A stretch of 63,802 nt of DNA, filler included, from Choristocarpus tenellus KU-1152 (Eukaryota > Protista > Phaeophyceae): assembly GCA_964200185.2 (NCBI GenBank). It is 11 parts of 11 records of this genome, joined end to end, with 100 filler letters (N's around TTAATTAATTAA, not from the genome) between each part and the next. Parts side by side here need not be neighbours in the genome. Positions count along the whole stretch, not along the records: positions 11,785 to 26,380 come from CAXNAD020001154.1; positions 26,481 to 40,005 come from CAXNAD020001460.1; 9 more parts are not named here. One strand, given 5' to 3'. This document shows, piece by piece, positions 25,401-38,961 of the stretch. The notes below the pieces were generated by a model. The model did no database searches, was not told the DNA's origin, and saw nothing but the letters and a program-made list of their open reading frames with translations. Numbering within the stretch: the stretch's first letter is position 1; every line of letters starts with the position of its first letter. The translations under genes were made by a program, and so were the position numbers.

Positions 25401-25868
25401 TCCTGTCCAGATCACCATCTAGAGTGGTCCAGGCGGTTGAGACAAACGTTAGAGGCACCATTGCGCTGTTGTTGGCAGCCTGTAGGTGTGCTGTTGATTT
25501 TCACTCCTAGAAAATCGACAGCATCAACAGCATGCATAAAGTTTAGTGTTGGTGGTCGGCTGATGCTGCGGTGTGGTGAGGTCGACTGCTCTCAAGGGGA
25601 CAAGATTGAAATGGCTGTATCCGACTGATCTTGTTAGTCCCCCTTTACTCGGGTTAGTCCCTGGAACGACACTTGTGCATTTATTGATGTGATAATGATA
25701 ATGATAATAATAATAATAAATGATGTAATACTAAATATATATATATATATATATCCAAACATGCACTAATTAATGCAGGAAAATAGACTAGACCGCTTCC
25801 GGAAGGATTTGACAGACTTCTTGCGAGGATTGGAGTCAAGGTTCATTCCAGAGCCTGAGCTATTCAAG
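19481..25868 (+). CDS. Unknown alpha-helical protein, 5' part (possible TRF-like N-terminal domain); 3' end beyond contig
   Basis: Phase-0 GT-AG exons 19481-19756, 19845-19919, 20023-20268 and 25779-25868 are open throughout. The 5.5-kb third intron is filled with TE debris. Confidence 0.75.
22500..23190 (-). pseudogene. Probable decayed protein-primed family B DNA polymerase (Polinton/Maverick-like)
   Basis: SKFKRLP..LSSEVY..NFKTFQL..FLTLDSLAFIFFERLR..KY..YTFASL..NMGG..LLFLKSATG follows, in order, the Polinton polB segment ETELP..ISDEDY..VWNTF..YLKTDVLLLADVFENFR..Y..YT.PGL..IRGG..YLDAN. Aligned by eye only. Confidence 0.4.
23766..24547 (-). pseudogene. Decayed Tc1/mariner transposase (DD39D-like), C-terminal half
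   Basis: TIFV*QDGAEPYT..QPANSSDLDTNDLGFFHSIQQL..EELVEAL..EVLGSKGDNIFKIPYLSKKKAEKAGKLP matches QQDNA.PH..QP.NSPDLN.LDLGFF..G.N.YKIPH..K..G.LP. It is frameshifted. Confidence 0.88.
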
Positions 25869-26274
25869 GTGGGCGAGTAATCTATTTTAGGAACAGGAAG
25901 GTTTGCCACAGTATCTTATGAGCATTAATTCCATCCCCCAGAAGGAAGGTACTTGGCGAAGTATACAAACCATGGAACTAAGGTGTCATGCGGCAATGAC
26001 CATCTCACTACTGCAGTCTTTGTTTCCTATGAGACGCTTTAGCGGAGGCGTGTTTGTGGTGTTTGCCCTGAGTGAGGTCAACATAGAGGAGGTGCAGTGG
26101 ATGTATCTGTAGGGTTCAGGGATGTACCAAAGATCAACATCTAATCCAATGGAGTTTTGTGAATGTGTTATTGAAAGGAGTTATTAATGGTAGGATGCAT
26201 ATCACTTTACCATTGTCTCCACTCTTGGTATCAATGATCCTTGTTCACTCAATCCCTTGTAGTAACCCATGCAT

Positions 26275-26329
<55 letters not shown>

Positions 26330-26480
26330 CTCCTCGCGCTGTCGCGGCCTGCCCAGCGCCGCCCTCATTCTTCTCTTTTTNNNNNNNNNNNNNNNNNNNN
26401 NNNNNNNNNNNNNNNNNNNNNNNNTTAATTAATTAANNNNNNNNNNNNNNNNNNNNNNNNNNNNNNNNNNNNNNNNNNNN

Positions 26481-26603
26481 GTGTCCGAAACAAGGACATT
26501 GACACTTCCTAACAAACACGATAGCAATTTTTTCATCAAAATTGCAACAATGGATTTTGACCTCCAAATGGACGCCGTCCTACCCTCTAAGATACTTTGG
26601 CTC
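26481..26603 (+). mobile_element. MITE family A, right half at contig start
   Basis: ..cacttcctaacaaacacgatagc..taccctctaagatactttggctc. Confidence 0.88.
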
Positions 26604-26678
26604 ATGCCAGATCATTTATCTAAGAAAAGAAAGATGCTAATAGGCACTAAGTGACCAAATCCATTAAAAAAAACTTGC

Positions 26679-28218
26679 CTGCACTGTGATGATGAAGTCA
26701 GATTTGTTTGGTCAGTGTAGGTTCCAGCATCACACAGGTATTGTGTGCGATAAGATGTTCCCGAAGGACAATAGCTCCCAGTTCCACATCTAAAATTGGA
26801 GAAGCATAATTGGTATAAACAGTCACTTCCATTGCTGTTGGCACGGGAAGAAAAGGCTGTTTGAGACATATTATCAATCATAGGAACTGCAACCATGGTT
26901 TCTGGACATTGAGTTATATGCAGGGGGTTAGGGATAGGGTTGGGTTTAGATACTCCCACACAACTATCCCCTCCTTGTTTTTTCCTCTGCTTTTAGGTAT
27001 CTAGTAAGATTTATCATACCTTGTTGACATTTCCCACATGCCTGTTGATGGACAAGCCCACCCAGCTTCACATGCAAGGCATGCACTCGAAGAGACTGCC
27101 CCACTGTATGGATTGTAGTATCCCACACCACACTCTGTTGGGGCAGTTGATCCTTCAGCACAGTAGCTACCAACAGGGCATGTGAGACACTGAGATGCAT
27201 CAGTTAGCCCCATTGATGAGCTGTATGTTCCTGCTGGACAGGGGTAGTCAAGTGCTGAGGACGTCCCCACAGGGCAGTAGTTGCCCGCAGCACATGCATA
27301 TGAGGTGGGTGAGCTTGAACCACTTGGACAGTAGTAGCCAGCCTCACAGACTGACCAAGTATGCCCAGTTTTATCGGATACCAGATTTTCAAGGAAAACA
27401 AAAAGGAAATGTTAAATAGATTCAATTCAAAGGGTATATCTTCATCGGATACTTGAGAGTAATCTTTGGGGACATGTATGTATAAATATTTGTTCTCAAG
27501 CTTCACATCCATGAGTTACTTCATTATTCGATAGGTGGGAAAGTCAATTTTTGAAGTCGATTTCTTCAATAAATATATATACATATATCTCACAATTGAC
27601 CATTCGTAGTAGATCTTTGGTCTGTATTAATTCTTCCATCTTGAATCTAACCCCAAACCCCCGTCTTTTTCCATTGCGCCACTCCTTCTACTGTCCTACA
27701 ATTGGTACATGCTACATCTGAACAAGATCTGGTCTGAGTATCCACGGCATGAGAGTCAATGCCCATGGGAGTCAAAGAGGCGGAGTGTCAGTGAGGTTGG
27801 CTATGGAGTGTGTTGAAATTTCTTGGTTCAATAGGGTAGATTTGCTATAGTCTGAATCACAAATCAGAATGGACTACATGAAATTGCAATGAAATTGAAT
27901 CATTCAATACTCTTACCTAGACATGACAGACTTGACCATGCTCTGTCAACATCATTGTAGTATCCTGCTGAGCACGCCATTGGTGATGATGCGCCACTAG
28001 GGCAGTAGTATCCAGGTGGACAAGGGGTAATTGTCGACAGTGTATTGCCAGTCCCAGAGCAATAGTAGCCTTCCATGCACGAATGACAACCTTCCGAGAG
28101 ACTTGCCGCAGCTGTGGTGTTGCCTTTTGAGATATTGTTGCAATAGTTGTATAGATCGAGCACATCCAGCAAGAGCAATCCAAGGCTCTTCAAGTGGAGC
28201 AAGAACCGACTAAATAAC

Positions 28219-28261
<43 letters not shown>

Positions 28262-31200
28262 TCTCTACCTAATAAGACACATAACAACCTTTTGAGATGT
28301 TTAAAGTCTGAAGAACTGAAGAAAACAACAAACTTATACACAAGAATATACCTACACAGTAATAATTAGAACTTCTCACCATAGGTTCCTTTGGGGCATT
28401 CGGTCCGGGTTCGGGCTGGATTACAGTATGTACCCTCTGGACACTCTGAGCCAGTGGGTGTTGGACCTGTAGATCCCACTGGACACCTGTATCCTGGTGA
28501 ACACTCTGAACAAGATGAGGTTCCTCCCCCACTGTAATAACCAACTGCACATAGCTGAGGGACTGAAGCTGGATCATCACAATAGTAGCCGGCTGTACAC
28601 GAGGTGCAGTTGACTGATGCCTCAGAACTGAGCCATTCCACATCAGAAGTACAATAAGAAGTTGAAATGAAGAAAAAATGCTGTCAAGCACAGCAGACTC
28701 AAAGGACCACTGGTTGTGGTAACCATTGGGCAGAAGAGAGAAAATGCAAGCCAATTGTTCAATCTTGTTCTATTTTATTGACCTGGCGGGCTATAGGCTG
28801 GTCGGGCTTTTTGAGCTTTGACGTGGATATGTTGAAAAGTTCGCTACATCAAGTTATTTTCTAATTGGATTATTGGTATTTTATTGCATTATCACATACT
28901 GTTTTTGTACAACTCATATTGCACATCATTGAGGGATATGGAGACCCTCTCAATATGGTTGAGACCATTCATCATTTCTTGCAGGTCTTATTGTTGTGAT
29001 GTATACCTGTAGTACCCAGACACACATGAAACAGGACCAGCATCTGGACGTGGGCAGTATGATCCAGCAGGGCAGGCAGTGCATGAAGCGCTGCCCAAAA
29101 GGCTGTAGTAGCCTGTCCCACAAGGACTCATCTGATTGGTGAACGTTGAGCTGCGAGATTTTGGCATTGTCGGGAATAAGTTGGATATTGGACAGTATAA
29201 AACAGCTCAGTTGTTTTGGTAACATTTAGGCCTAGTATTCAGCAACTATGCCATGCGGAGGCAAGGTTATTGCCATCAATAACATGCTAGTTTGACGAGA
29301 CTTCGGGTATTGCACCACTCAAAATGCTTGTAGATCTCCGAAAAAAAGTTTCCTCAAAGGTTTTGGTGTAGCTTGTCTCATCTCATTTGAGGAGATCAAG
29401 CATATCTCTTTGATTAGCTTGTTGCATGTATGCACCATAAGAAATTCAAGTATTTCATCTAGTCCACTTGCATGGGAATGTGGATGTGCTTCACTGGTTG
29501 TCCAGCTTGGCTGAATCAATAATGTTCTTGCAGTCAGCCACCAATACGGCATGAACATCTCCTGGGTTGAATACATTGTTAATAGGTGTATCCCTGACAG
29601 CAGCATGAAACAAGCGGCCCTGTAATCTATCCTCGTTTTCCTTTTGTTGAGAAAAGGACTTCAAACTAGGTGCGTAGTATGAGAGAAATCTTCCCTTTTG
29701 AAAGATAATGAGGGACTTCAACGTGGAGCGGAGAAGTTGTGTATCAAAAAAACAACCTATAACTATCACATATACCTGCAGCTAAACCCTGCAGGGCATT
29801 CGGTGCACTGACTGACACCTCCAACAGAGAAGGAGCCAGAAGGACATGGTAAAGCCTCAGCACTGTCGACTGATTGGCAATAATATCCAGCAGGACAAGA
29901 TGTGCACTCCTGCTGAGCTCCTTCAGAATATGAACCCAAGGCACAAGCAATAACCACAGCCTGAGATGAAGGGCATGAGGCATGTATTCAATGGAGTTGA
30001 AGGAGTGAGTACGGAGGGTTCATGAGGTAAGGGTGCCAAGTGGTAAGGATGGGTTTAGAATCCCTCACTCATACCCTGGGCCCATTACCATCTATCTGGA
30101 CAGAGTGTGCCCCCCTTTCACCTACCTGGTCCATGTACGGACAGTAGTATCCTGCAGGGCAGATGCTGCAGTCAGGTGAACCATACTCAGAATAATACCC
30201 AGACTTGCAGGAGATAATGCTGGAACCATCTGCACTACATGAATAACCCGCAGGGCAACTAGTGCAGTTCAAAGCTCCACCGCCAGAGTATGTTCCGCCA
30301 GGACAAGTTATTTCCACCTCCACAGTCTTGTATGGGCAGTAAGACCCAGCAGGACATGCGGTACAGGATGTTGCCCGGCCTGTAGAATAGGACCCTTCTG
30401 GGCACTCATACCAGTCACTTGTTTCTGTGAAAGGGCAGTAGTAACCTGGGGCACATTCAGTGCAGTTGGCAGATCCAGCTAGTGCAAAGGACCCAGGTGC
30501 ACAAACTGTAGGTGGGGACGAAGAGGAGAGGCAACTAAAGCCAGCAGGGCATAATGTGCAGTTGGAGGCCCCCCCAAGGCTATAGTATCCATATTCACAA
30601 GATTGCTCAGGCATGGCCGCTGAAGGGCATTGATAACCAGCTGAACATCTGAGAGAGTGGTAGTGCACAGAGGGACAGTCAGAATCTGATGCACTGCACA
30701 GGAGACAAACTGATTTTGAAAGGAAAATATATGCTTCAAAGTTCTCAATGGGTGTATTTGGAGTCCAACAACAGACTGGGACAACAACATCAGTTTTCGA
30801 GCATAATGACTTCAATATCTTGCTTTCTTTCCAAAACGTCCGAAATCCATTAATGGTTTACCTTGAGTTCTTTGTGGTACAGATGATAGGGATTCAAACC
30901 ATAACATCGCCTTTAAATCTCTTCTTCTTCAGCAGGCAGCAGAAAATTGTCCCAGACACCAATTATGGCAAATACGGAACACTGCTATGCCCCTCCTGTG
31001 TTTTCTTCTTCCCTTATCTCACCTTGTACAGGACGTTTGGTTGCCCAGACCATAGTACCCTTCCGGGCAAATCTGGGGTTCTTGAGACGTCGATGGGCAG
31101 TAGTACCCCAACGGGCAGCCAGTGCAGGTGGTTTCCTCCCCCAAAGAGTACTCCCCTTCCTTGCATGGTCGAGGAGATTTTTCATCACTTGGTTGTGGGC

Positions 31201-34200
31201 AGTAGTATCCCGCAGGACAAGCTGTGCAAGAGGATGACCCCAATGACGAATATTCCCCATTTGCACAGGCTATGGGGAGATTAGAAGGTGTAGCACAGGA
31301 ATATCCACTTGGGCAGGAGGTACAATTAACCGAACCACTAGAGTTGCAGTAAGGCAAAACATCGGGGGGGGTTGAGGGAGGTTGTGCACTCAGTAAGGAG
31401 TGAGCAGATTCAAGGCGTTATTAAATAGGAAAGAATGGCACATTACTCTTTTTGCCTAGGTATAGACAGAAGTATGCAGATAGTTTTCTGGCGTTCCATG
31501 AACTAGAGCCTACACCCTTACCTTATTGTCCTATTTCTTAATTCTGCTAGACAACCAGATCAAACAATTATAGGCATGAAATCACCATGTGTGGTGCAAA
31601 TAAATGCAAGGCAAACGTATCAAACACCCTGGTTCTCAGATGACATACACCAATTATCTCGACTCTTCCAACCAATTATTGAGGAGCTTGGCAAATCTTC
31701 TTCAATATCCTGGACCATTTTTTATTGCTGACTGAAGTAAATTGCACCATATCAGAATGCCCCACCCAAGGTACTAACCAGAAAATATATTGGAGAATAT
31801 GTCTCCCTCCATCCACCTCCAGAATTGCCTCATTTCTACAACCCAGATCGTGCACAAAAATATTTCACCTAACCTAGTGCTGTTCTGCCTCTCAGTTGTC
31901 TGCTACTACTGTACTTGCCTACAGTAAAGAGTGGCGTGCCAATTATCTTGAATCTACATATATTCACTTGCTATGACTAAAATAATCCTTCACTAACGCC
32001 CCTCCCCAACTGCCTTTGCCAACTTCTAATCAGCAAAACTTCATAGTAATACCACCATATTTTGATTGATCAACTGTGCTAAAAAAAAGTACAATGAACG
32101 TTTACAGTATACTCAGGAAAGAAACAAATTAACCTAGTGTGTGCCAAGCTACCAGTGTGAGATGGAAAGGCTCCCACCTGAGGGTATAGCTTCCTGGGCT
32201 ACATGCTTGAGGTAGATCAAATGGTGACGTACAGAATGAACCAGCCGGGCAGGGGGTACAAGCAATAGAGCCATTGGTGGTATAGTAGCCATCATCACAT
32301 AATACAGGTCCCAGGGTAGGATCGGAGCACTCATAGCCCGCCGGACAAGCTATACAACGATCATGGGAGGATGTTGTGTACGTGCCAGGTTCACAGATAG
32401 AACAGGAAGGCACCTTGGAGTGGAAGAAGGGGCAGCAATAGAATTCAGTGTGTGCAAGTGATGTAATTGAGATTGGGCTTCAATTGCTGTAGGTTGGTAT
32501 TCTCAATAGCGTTTTATAGCCTGAACTCTTCTGGAGGAGGAATACTAGCACATCCTAGGTCATACGTTTTTGGAAATGCACAACTTACATCTTCCAATGG
32601 ATTATTTCATTATCAATTTCGATCCACACCATCCAAGCACTATGTCATCCAAGACAATTCAGGCAATGAAACATATTGTTTGGATCAAACATTTACAATG
32701 GCATTTCATTCATTGTAGCTTCTCTCCCTCACCATACCGCCTTCAGAGTAGTATCCTTCCTCACACAATGTTGGCTCATTTGCAGGGTCATAGCAAGACT
32801 TGCCCAAAGGACATGGAAGACACCCTGATGCCTTTTCAAAACTGTAGGTGCCAGATTCGCATGAAGCGCAAATACCATCTCCAAGCTGACTGTATGTGCC
32901 ATTGGTGCACCCCACTGGTACTTCAGTTTGGCCAAGGCACGAGTACCCTGCAGGGCAATAGGTGCATGTGGTAGAGCCATTAGTTGAGGCATAGGTGCCA
33001 TTCCAGCAAGATGTGCAGAACGTCGAACCGCCCAGTGATGCTGTCCCAGGTGAACATGTGGTGGGTACCTTAGGAGGAAGAGAAAAGGGGCACAAGGGCA
33101 AAGGATGGATTCAGATAAGAATTTAAGGATCTGGAGAGTGTATTGGGATTCTAGAGAGCTAACGTTCATCTACACAAGTGATGTGCTTGCAGCAAACCAC
33201 CTGCATACTAAGACAAGAAACGGAATACCCACCCGACCAGGGCACTTTATATCCCCTTGTGTCCCTAGCTGGAGTTGTCATATGAACACATTTGATCAGA
33301 TATAGACCACTGTACCGATACCAAGACAAATCTATCGTCTTGTTTTATTCGAGATCATGAGATGTGTAATACACATCTCTGGTTATATGACGTGCTCTGG
33401 AGTATAACATGGACCTGTAGCAGGTGAATGCAATGTTCACAGCATTCTGAATTCTCAGTAAAGCTAAGATATGATATTTTTTTTGTATGCCTTGGTGACT
33501 CTATGTAAGATACTAGTGGCATAACATAACAAGAGCATCCCTTCAAACCTGAGCAGAGTTGACACAGTAGTGTCCAGCTGGACAAACCACACAATATGCC
33601 CAGTTGGACAAGGAGTATGAACCCTCCTCACACGGCTCAGGGGAGTTCCCCGTGCTGGAGCAGTAGTACCCTGCAGGACACTCCTCACACTGTGTTGCAC
33701 TTCCTGTGCTGTAACTACCTGGGGAGCAAGCTTGGGGATCAGAAGACTTATTTGTGCACTCATAACCTGCGGGACATAAGGTGCAAGTGCTCTGTCCCTC
33801 CTGTGTATTGTAGTAACCATCAGTGCATTCTGAGCACTGGGAGGCCCCAGGGCCGGACCTCCATCCCACAGGACAAGCCACAAGAGTAGAGGAGGTACTG
33901 TTGCAGGAATAGCCAGCAGTGCACAAGGAGCAGGTGGCCGTCGCTTCCTTTGATGTATAGTAACCATCGGGGCAAGATGTGCAATTCGCGAGTTCTAACG
34001 CCCCCCAGTAGGAAACTGCCGTGCCCTCTGGGCAGGCCAAGGGGGACAAACATGCCCCAGGGCAATAGTACCCTGGCTCACATGGAAGGCAAAGGTTTGT
34101 GCCGTTGCAAGATGTAGAGTAGCTGCCTGGATCGCATGAACGGTAGCAGCCCTCATCATTATCGAAAATAACAACAGAAACCTGGCACAGGGGGAGGGAA

Positions 34201-37200
34201 GAGTTGAATTGGACATGTCAAACCTCTATCTTTGGAGTTTGGTCAACTTCACAAAGGAGCAAGTGCACTAGGAAGGTGAAGAAAAGGAATGCTTATTGTC
34301 TGATGCCTTTTGCCACCAACTAATTGTGTTTTATACCAGAAATCAGGACATTTAATCAGGAAAAGTTGATGACCATCCTGACTTATGAATATAGGATCTA
34401 TTTCTGGGCCAGAGGGACACCATATTTATAATCAACATAGCATGAAAGAGTGAAAGTATCTAAGAGGGTACGAGTTTTGCCCTCTTTGTCCATTTGGGAC
34501 TTTTCTTCCCACGGATTCTTAATAACGTTCAACCTACTCCAAAATGTTTCAGAGTAGATAAAATGTACACATTATGAAAAGGTGTGTCGGGAACAAGGAT
34601 ATTGACATCTCCTAACAAACACGATAGCCAAAATTACATCAAAATTGCAACATTGGATTTTGGTCCCCAAATGGATGCGGCTCTACCCTCGAAGATACTT
34701 TCACTCAAAGTCACATCTAACTCAATGAGGAGTATCTGGCATTCTTTGTCGGTCGGTCATTTTCTCTGTGCTCAAGCAGACTAGGGGTCAAGTCAACTGA
34801 GCAGTGGCCCTCTTCTCTCAGACAGTGACATGTTTTTTCATATATACATAAAGAGGAGGACAGGACCCTCGATAAAAGGATGTTAATACATTTCTTCCTG
34901 GGAGATCTTTTGGAGGGATTACTTCCCTTCGCAAATGCTTCCAGTGCCTCATCTCAATTTCATTTCAGGTCTTCAAGTTCCCTTCGTCAAAATCGATATT
35001 CTACTTACACCCCACCACCTCCAACGCATGTAACTTACTCCGAGGTACAAATCTTTGGAGATCATAGTACGGATATATTGAGCACTTCATGTAACATTTG
35101 TATATATTGGGAGTGCACAGGAAGGCAATTTCATTTCCGATTCCATCACTAATTCTCCATATTATATACCACTTCATTCAGTGTCAAGATTAGATCAATA
35201 TGTTTCATCCCAAGAATCAACAGTATGTCAAATTAACGAGTATGTGGGAATATAGAAGTCTCCTACAGAAAATGGAAAGTCCTTCATTCAACAGCAGGAT
35301 GGCAAATCCAACCGCAGAGAAGATATTGGGGCATCCAACGCTTGCCTCCCTCACCTGTGATGTTGGGGAGAAAAGCACACCCAGGCCATCAAAATCGACA
35401 TCCTCGGACACTGTAGTGTGGTTTAGAGTCAGGGATATAGAATTGCCATTCTGTGTGGAGTCATCTGTGGCGTGGACTGTGATAGTCTGTGCCGTATTCC
35501 AACTGGAAGAAGTGAATGTCAGCGGCATAGTCGTTTTTACTTCCAGGAAGGAGTTCGAGGCAACAGCCATGATCTGCACCAAAAATGTACCAACAGTTTG
35601 CAAATTTTTCATGGTAGGAAGGTTAATTAATGTCAGGGGGACAACTAGCCCAGGTAAACTAAGGGTACAAAAATATTAGTTGAGATCAACAGATATTGTA
35701 AGATTGCTATAGGAAAATATTTTGTTCTGTGTACGGCTGAGTAAATTTTGCGACATGCCACCATTCTCTTCTTGCCTCAACATTTTCGTCAGGTACAGCA
35801 TTGAGTACCACAGTGTATGTGGCCTGGTCTCCCTCGTCAATGTAGAGAGCTGATGTGGACAGAGAGATGCCTGCATCATCGTTGTCATACACAAGCACAG
35901 TGATATTCTCTGAGGGGTATATATCAGGGCTGGCAGCATAGACTGGATCAGAGGAACTGACAAAGTGTGTCAACCACACGTCCACAAGGCCGCCCACATC
36001 TGAATCGTCAACTGCACTGACAGTCACGACCTGAGGAACTGACCAGCTGGACGTTGTGAAGGTGAGAAAAGACTTATCCACTGTGAGTTCTGTTGAAGCA
36101 TCCGCATTGAGAGATAGTGCCACGATGACTTCGGCTGCTGGCTCAGCACCAAGAACTACTGTGTATTTGGCACTCATGCCACCCTCTACTACTGATAAAA
36201 TCGCATCTGACAGAACCACACTGGCCTCTATTATACTTATCGTGTCAAAGTCTTCAAGGGCATCAATATGATCTCCACCCCCAGTCAACGAAGCTGCCAG
36301 TGGGAAGGTGAACAAACCACCATCTGAGGGGTTGGTAATATTGGATATGTTAAGCTCCACAGTTTCCTTGGCCATCACACTGGATCCTATTCCTGAACGC
36401 ATTACTAGGATTTTTGTCCCATCTACCACTGTAACATTGAAGCCTGATGATTCTATCCCCCCACCAGTTGCAGTAGCATTTGTAGCATAAGATATAAGTC
36501 CCGAATACTGTGGTGGAAACTCTATTTTTAACCCCCCTAGCACAGGCAGACTATTACTGCCAAGGGTGAATTTCACCGAAATGGAAACACCAGTTGCCCT
36601 TGCAGATAGCCTTGACAATCTCACAGATGCGGCTACCAGGACCCCAGATGTGATGCTGATTCCTTCAGGTCTTGCTGAAGGATTATAATCCTCTGATGCA
36701 TAGGAAAGAAAAGTGCCTGAAGCATCTGCTGTTGCCAAAACAGAGAAGTAGTCAGTGATCCCACTGGTGCCAGGGTTGACAACTCCATAGATTGCGAGCT
36801 CAACAGATGTACCCACTGGAATGGAGCTGCCTCCCCCTGCTACCCCGGCTCGATATAATGTTATATTCTGCCCCTTCACAGTCGGAGTCCCTGTGAACGA
36901 GGCCTCATCAAAGCCTGAAAGCGGATGGACCCCCACGACCTCGTTTACAAGCACAAATCCTGTAGGGAAACCTAGGACGATTGACCCACTTGCAGGGATG
37001 GCTACTGCTGGGCGAAAAAGCAAAGTTGCTGTGACATTGGAGGCTCCCGCAGCATTATTACTCAGGGAGACTGAAGGCCGAGGAGAGGAGAAGGAAGCTG
37101 GAGCAATCTCCACCCCCGCGGGGCGGAGGGATGAGAACACAGATACACTGGTCAAATCAATTATCACTCCATCTCCGCCTGCAGTGTGCAGTTGAGGGAA

Positions 37201-38872
37201 GTAGCCCGTGTCTCCAGCAAGGGAAGGGTTGGTCAGTCCAGACACAGTAATGTATAGCTGTGTGTTCGCTATGATAAGACTCCCATCACCATCCCTGGGA
37301 CAACCATAGGTTGGGAATGATTTGAAAGATGGGATTGATTTGCAAGTTTTATGTGGGGCCACCTTCTCGGGAAGAGGTAGGTCAATGAAACCTGTCATTT
37401 GAGCTTGCTAAGAGTGAAAGTATCTTAGAGGGTACAAGTTTTGCCCTATTATCCATTTGGGGCTTTGCTTCCCAAAGGTTTTATTATGACATTTTACTAC
37501 TACGAAATGTTTAGGAGTAGATAAAATGTGTACATTATGAAAAGGTGTGTCCAGAACATGGATATTGGCACTTCCTAACAAACATGATAGCAAAAATTAC
37601 ATCAAAATCGCAACATTGGATTTTGGCCCCCAAATAGACGCGGCTCTACCCTCTAAGATACTTTGGCTCCAATTTATCAGGGAGAAGTCAATCGAAATAT
37701 CTTGATAGGAAAGGAATATCACAAAAGAAGATCCTGATGTGGCATATTTGCACATTGTCCAAATCATTACACACCCCTTGAATGTTTTCCCTTTCAAAAA
37801 TTGGTCTATCATTGATCATGTCACAAAATCTGAGCAATCCCAGCTTGTCACAATGCCCCCTGCACCATTCTGCAGCATATCCCAGACTCTCCCTGGTCAA
37901 TAAGATGATGCCTGAGCCGGTTCTCCAAATTCAAGGAGAAATCTAAGAAACTCGACACTCAATACCATTTTCTGCAACCTTGTGGGCGTTTGCGTCAAGA
38001 AAGGACTATCGATTCAGTTGTATTTCAAGATAATGTACTGCTGTTGTTTGGAATGACACTTAGCGCCACATAAATTTTTTTTGGTTGGCGCATTTGAGAG
38101 ACAGTTGTAGGGAAGACCGATATCGTGGATTTTCGTTTTGATATTGCTTTTTTCAGTGATATTCTGGAAGTGTCTCTAGGTGGTAACATCCAATAAAAAA
38201 TCAATTAAATCAACTCCCACAAAGACAATAACCTCGAAAATAAACGCCAAAAGCAGACGATTAAATCAACACCATTGTGTTTACTGTTCCTCTGTTTGAT
38301 ATGTTATGTTGGATACCAAAATCAAATTTCATCAATGTGGTTTATTGAAGTGAAGTCAGCCACATAATTCATCTCTTGTGGGAAAGTTTATACCTTCAGG
38401 GCAGGAAAAGATAACACGTTCTCCCTTACCTAGAAACTGTGACATTCTCTCCATCTCCAACAACTGACAGAGACCCATCCAGCTCAGGTGACATGTCTGT
38501 AGGGTCATCCATCCCTCCAATCGGCACTCCAAACCCTGCTGGGAACCTCAGTACTACATTCCCGGCTGCAGGTAAGGCATTGCCAAGGATAAAGTTTAGA
38601 GTGACTTCCACCTCAGTGGCACCCAGTACAAGAGTGCTGAGGCTGACACTTGGTCTTGGGGTGTCACCAAAGCTCCCTGGCACCAGGGACCACCCTTCTG
38701 GCCCCGGATAAGACTCATCTATTGTATCTCCCTCCCAAGTGAAAGTTGCCAGGAAGGGGAAGTCCCCAGTGTTACCACTAATGGCTGGATTGGAAAACCC
38801 AGCAAGAGTAAATATCACTAGGCTCCCTGCAGCTATTTCAGCACCATCATTTGACCTCAGCAATGTCACAAC
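26679..38872 (-). CDS. Giant extracellular protein with beta-sandwich/Calx-beta-like repeats followed by many GCC2/GCC3 (ephrin-receptor-like, CPxGxYC) Cys repeats; internal fragment
   Basis: Fourteen phase-compatible exons: 38872-38430, 37294-35776, 35573-35355, 34181-33549, 33068-32733, 32413-32178, 31337-31023, 30648-30126, 29960-29776, 29150-29007, 28627-28380, 28123-27917, 27350-27020 and 26789-26679. Motifs include LTFTTSSWSVPQVVTVSAVDD, V.DND, and dozens of C..CPAGYYC/CPxGSYS units. No start or stop lies within the contig. Confidence 0.9.
28218..28261. repeat. Compound (CT)n(CA)n microsatellite in an intron
   Basis: Read directly from the sequence. Confidence 0.95.
34448..34706 (+). 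mobile_element. MITE family A, full intronic copy
   Basis: aaa|gagtgaaagtatctaagagggtac ... taccctcgaagatactttcactc|aaa. Confidence 0.92.
37412..37669 (+). mobile_element. MITE family A, full intronic copy
   Basis: gagtgaaagtatcttagagggtac ... taccctctaagatactttggctc. Confidence 0.92.
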
Positions 38873-38961
38873 CTGTGTGTGGAAGTGGAAGTGGTTGCAA
38901 TCTTTTTTAGCCCAATTGCATGGTTTTGAGCATAATCGAAAGTTAGGGCTCCTGACAGAAT

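Noticed and set aside
34584-34784. Recurrent ORFs with PNKHDSQNYIKIATLDFGPQMDAALPSKI (also at 9260, 38426 and 58906) as a repeated protein domain
   Set aside because: They are chance translations of non-coding MITE family A.
36056-37195. Plus-strand ORFs overlapping the giant surface protein exon
   Set aside because: They are antisense shadows of the real minus-strand exon.
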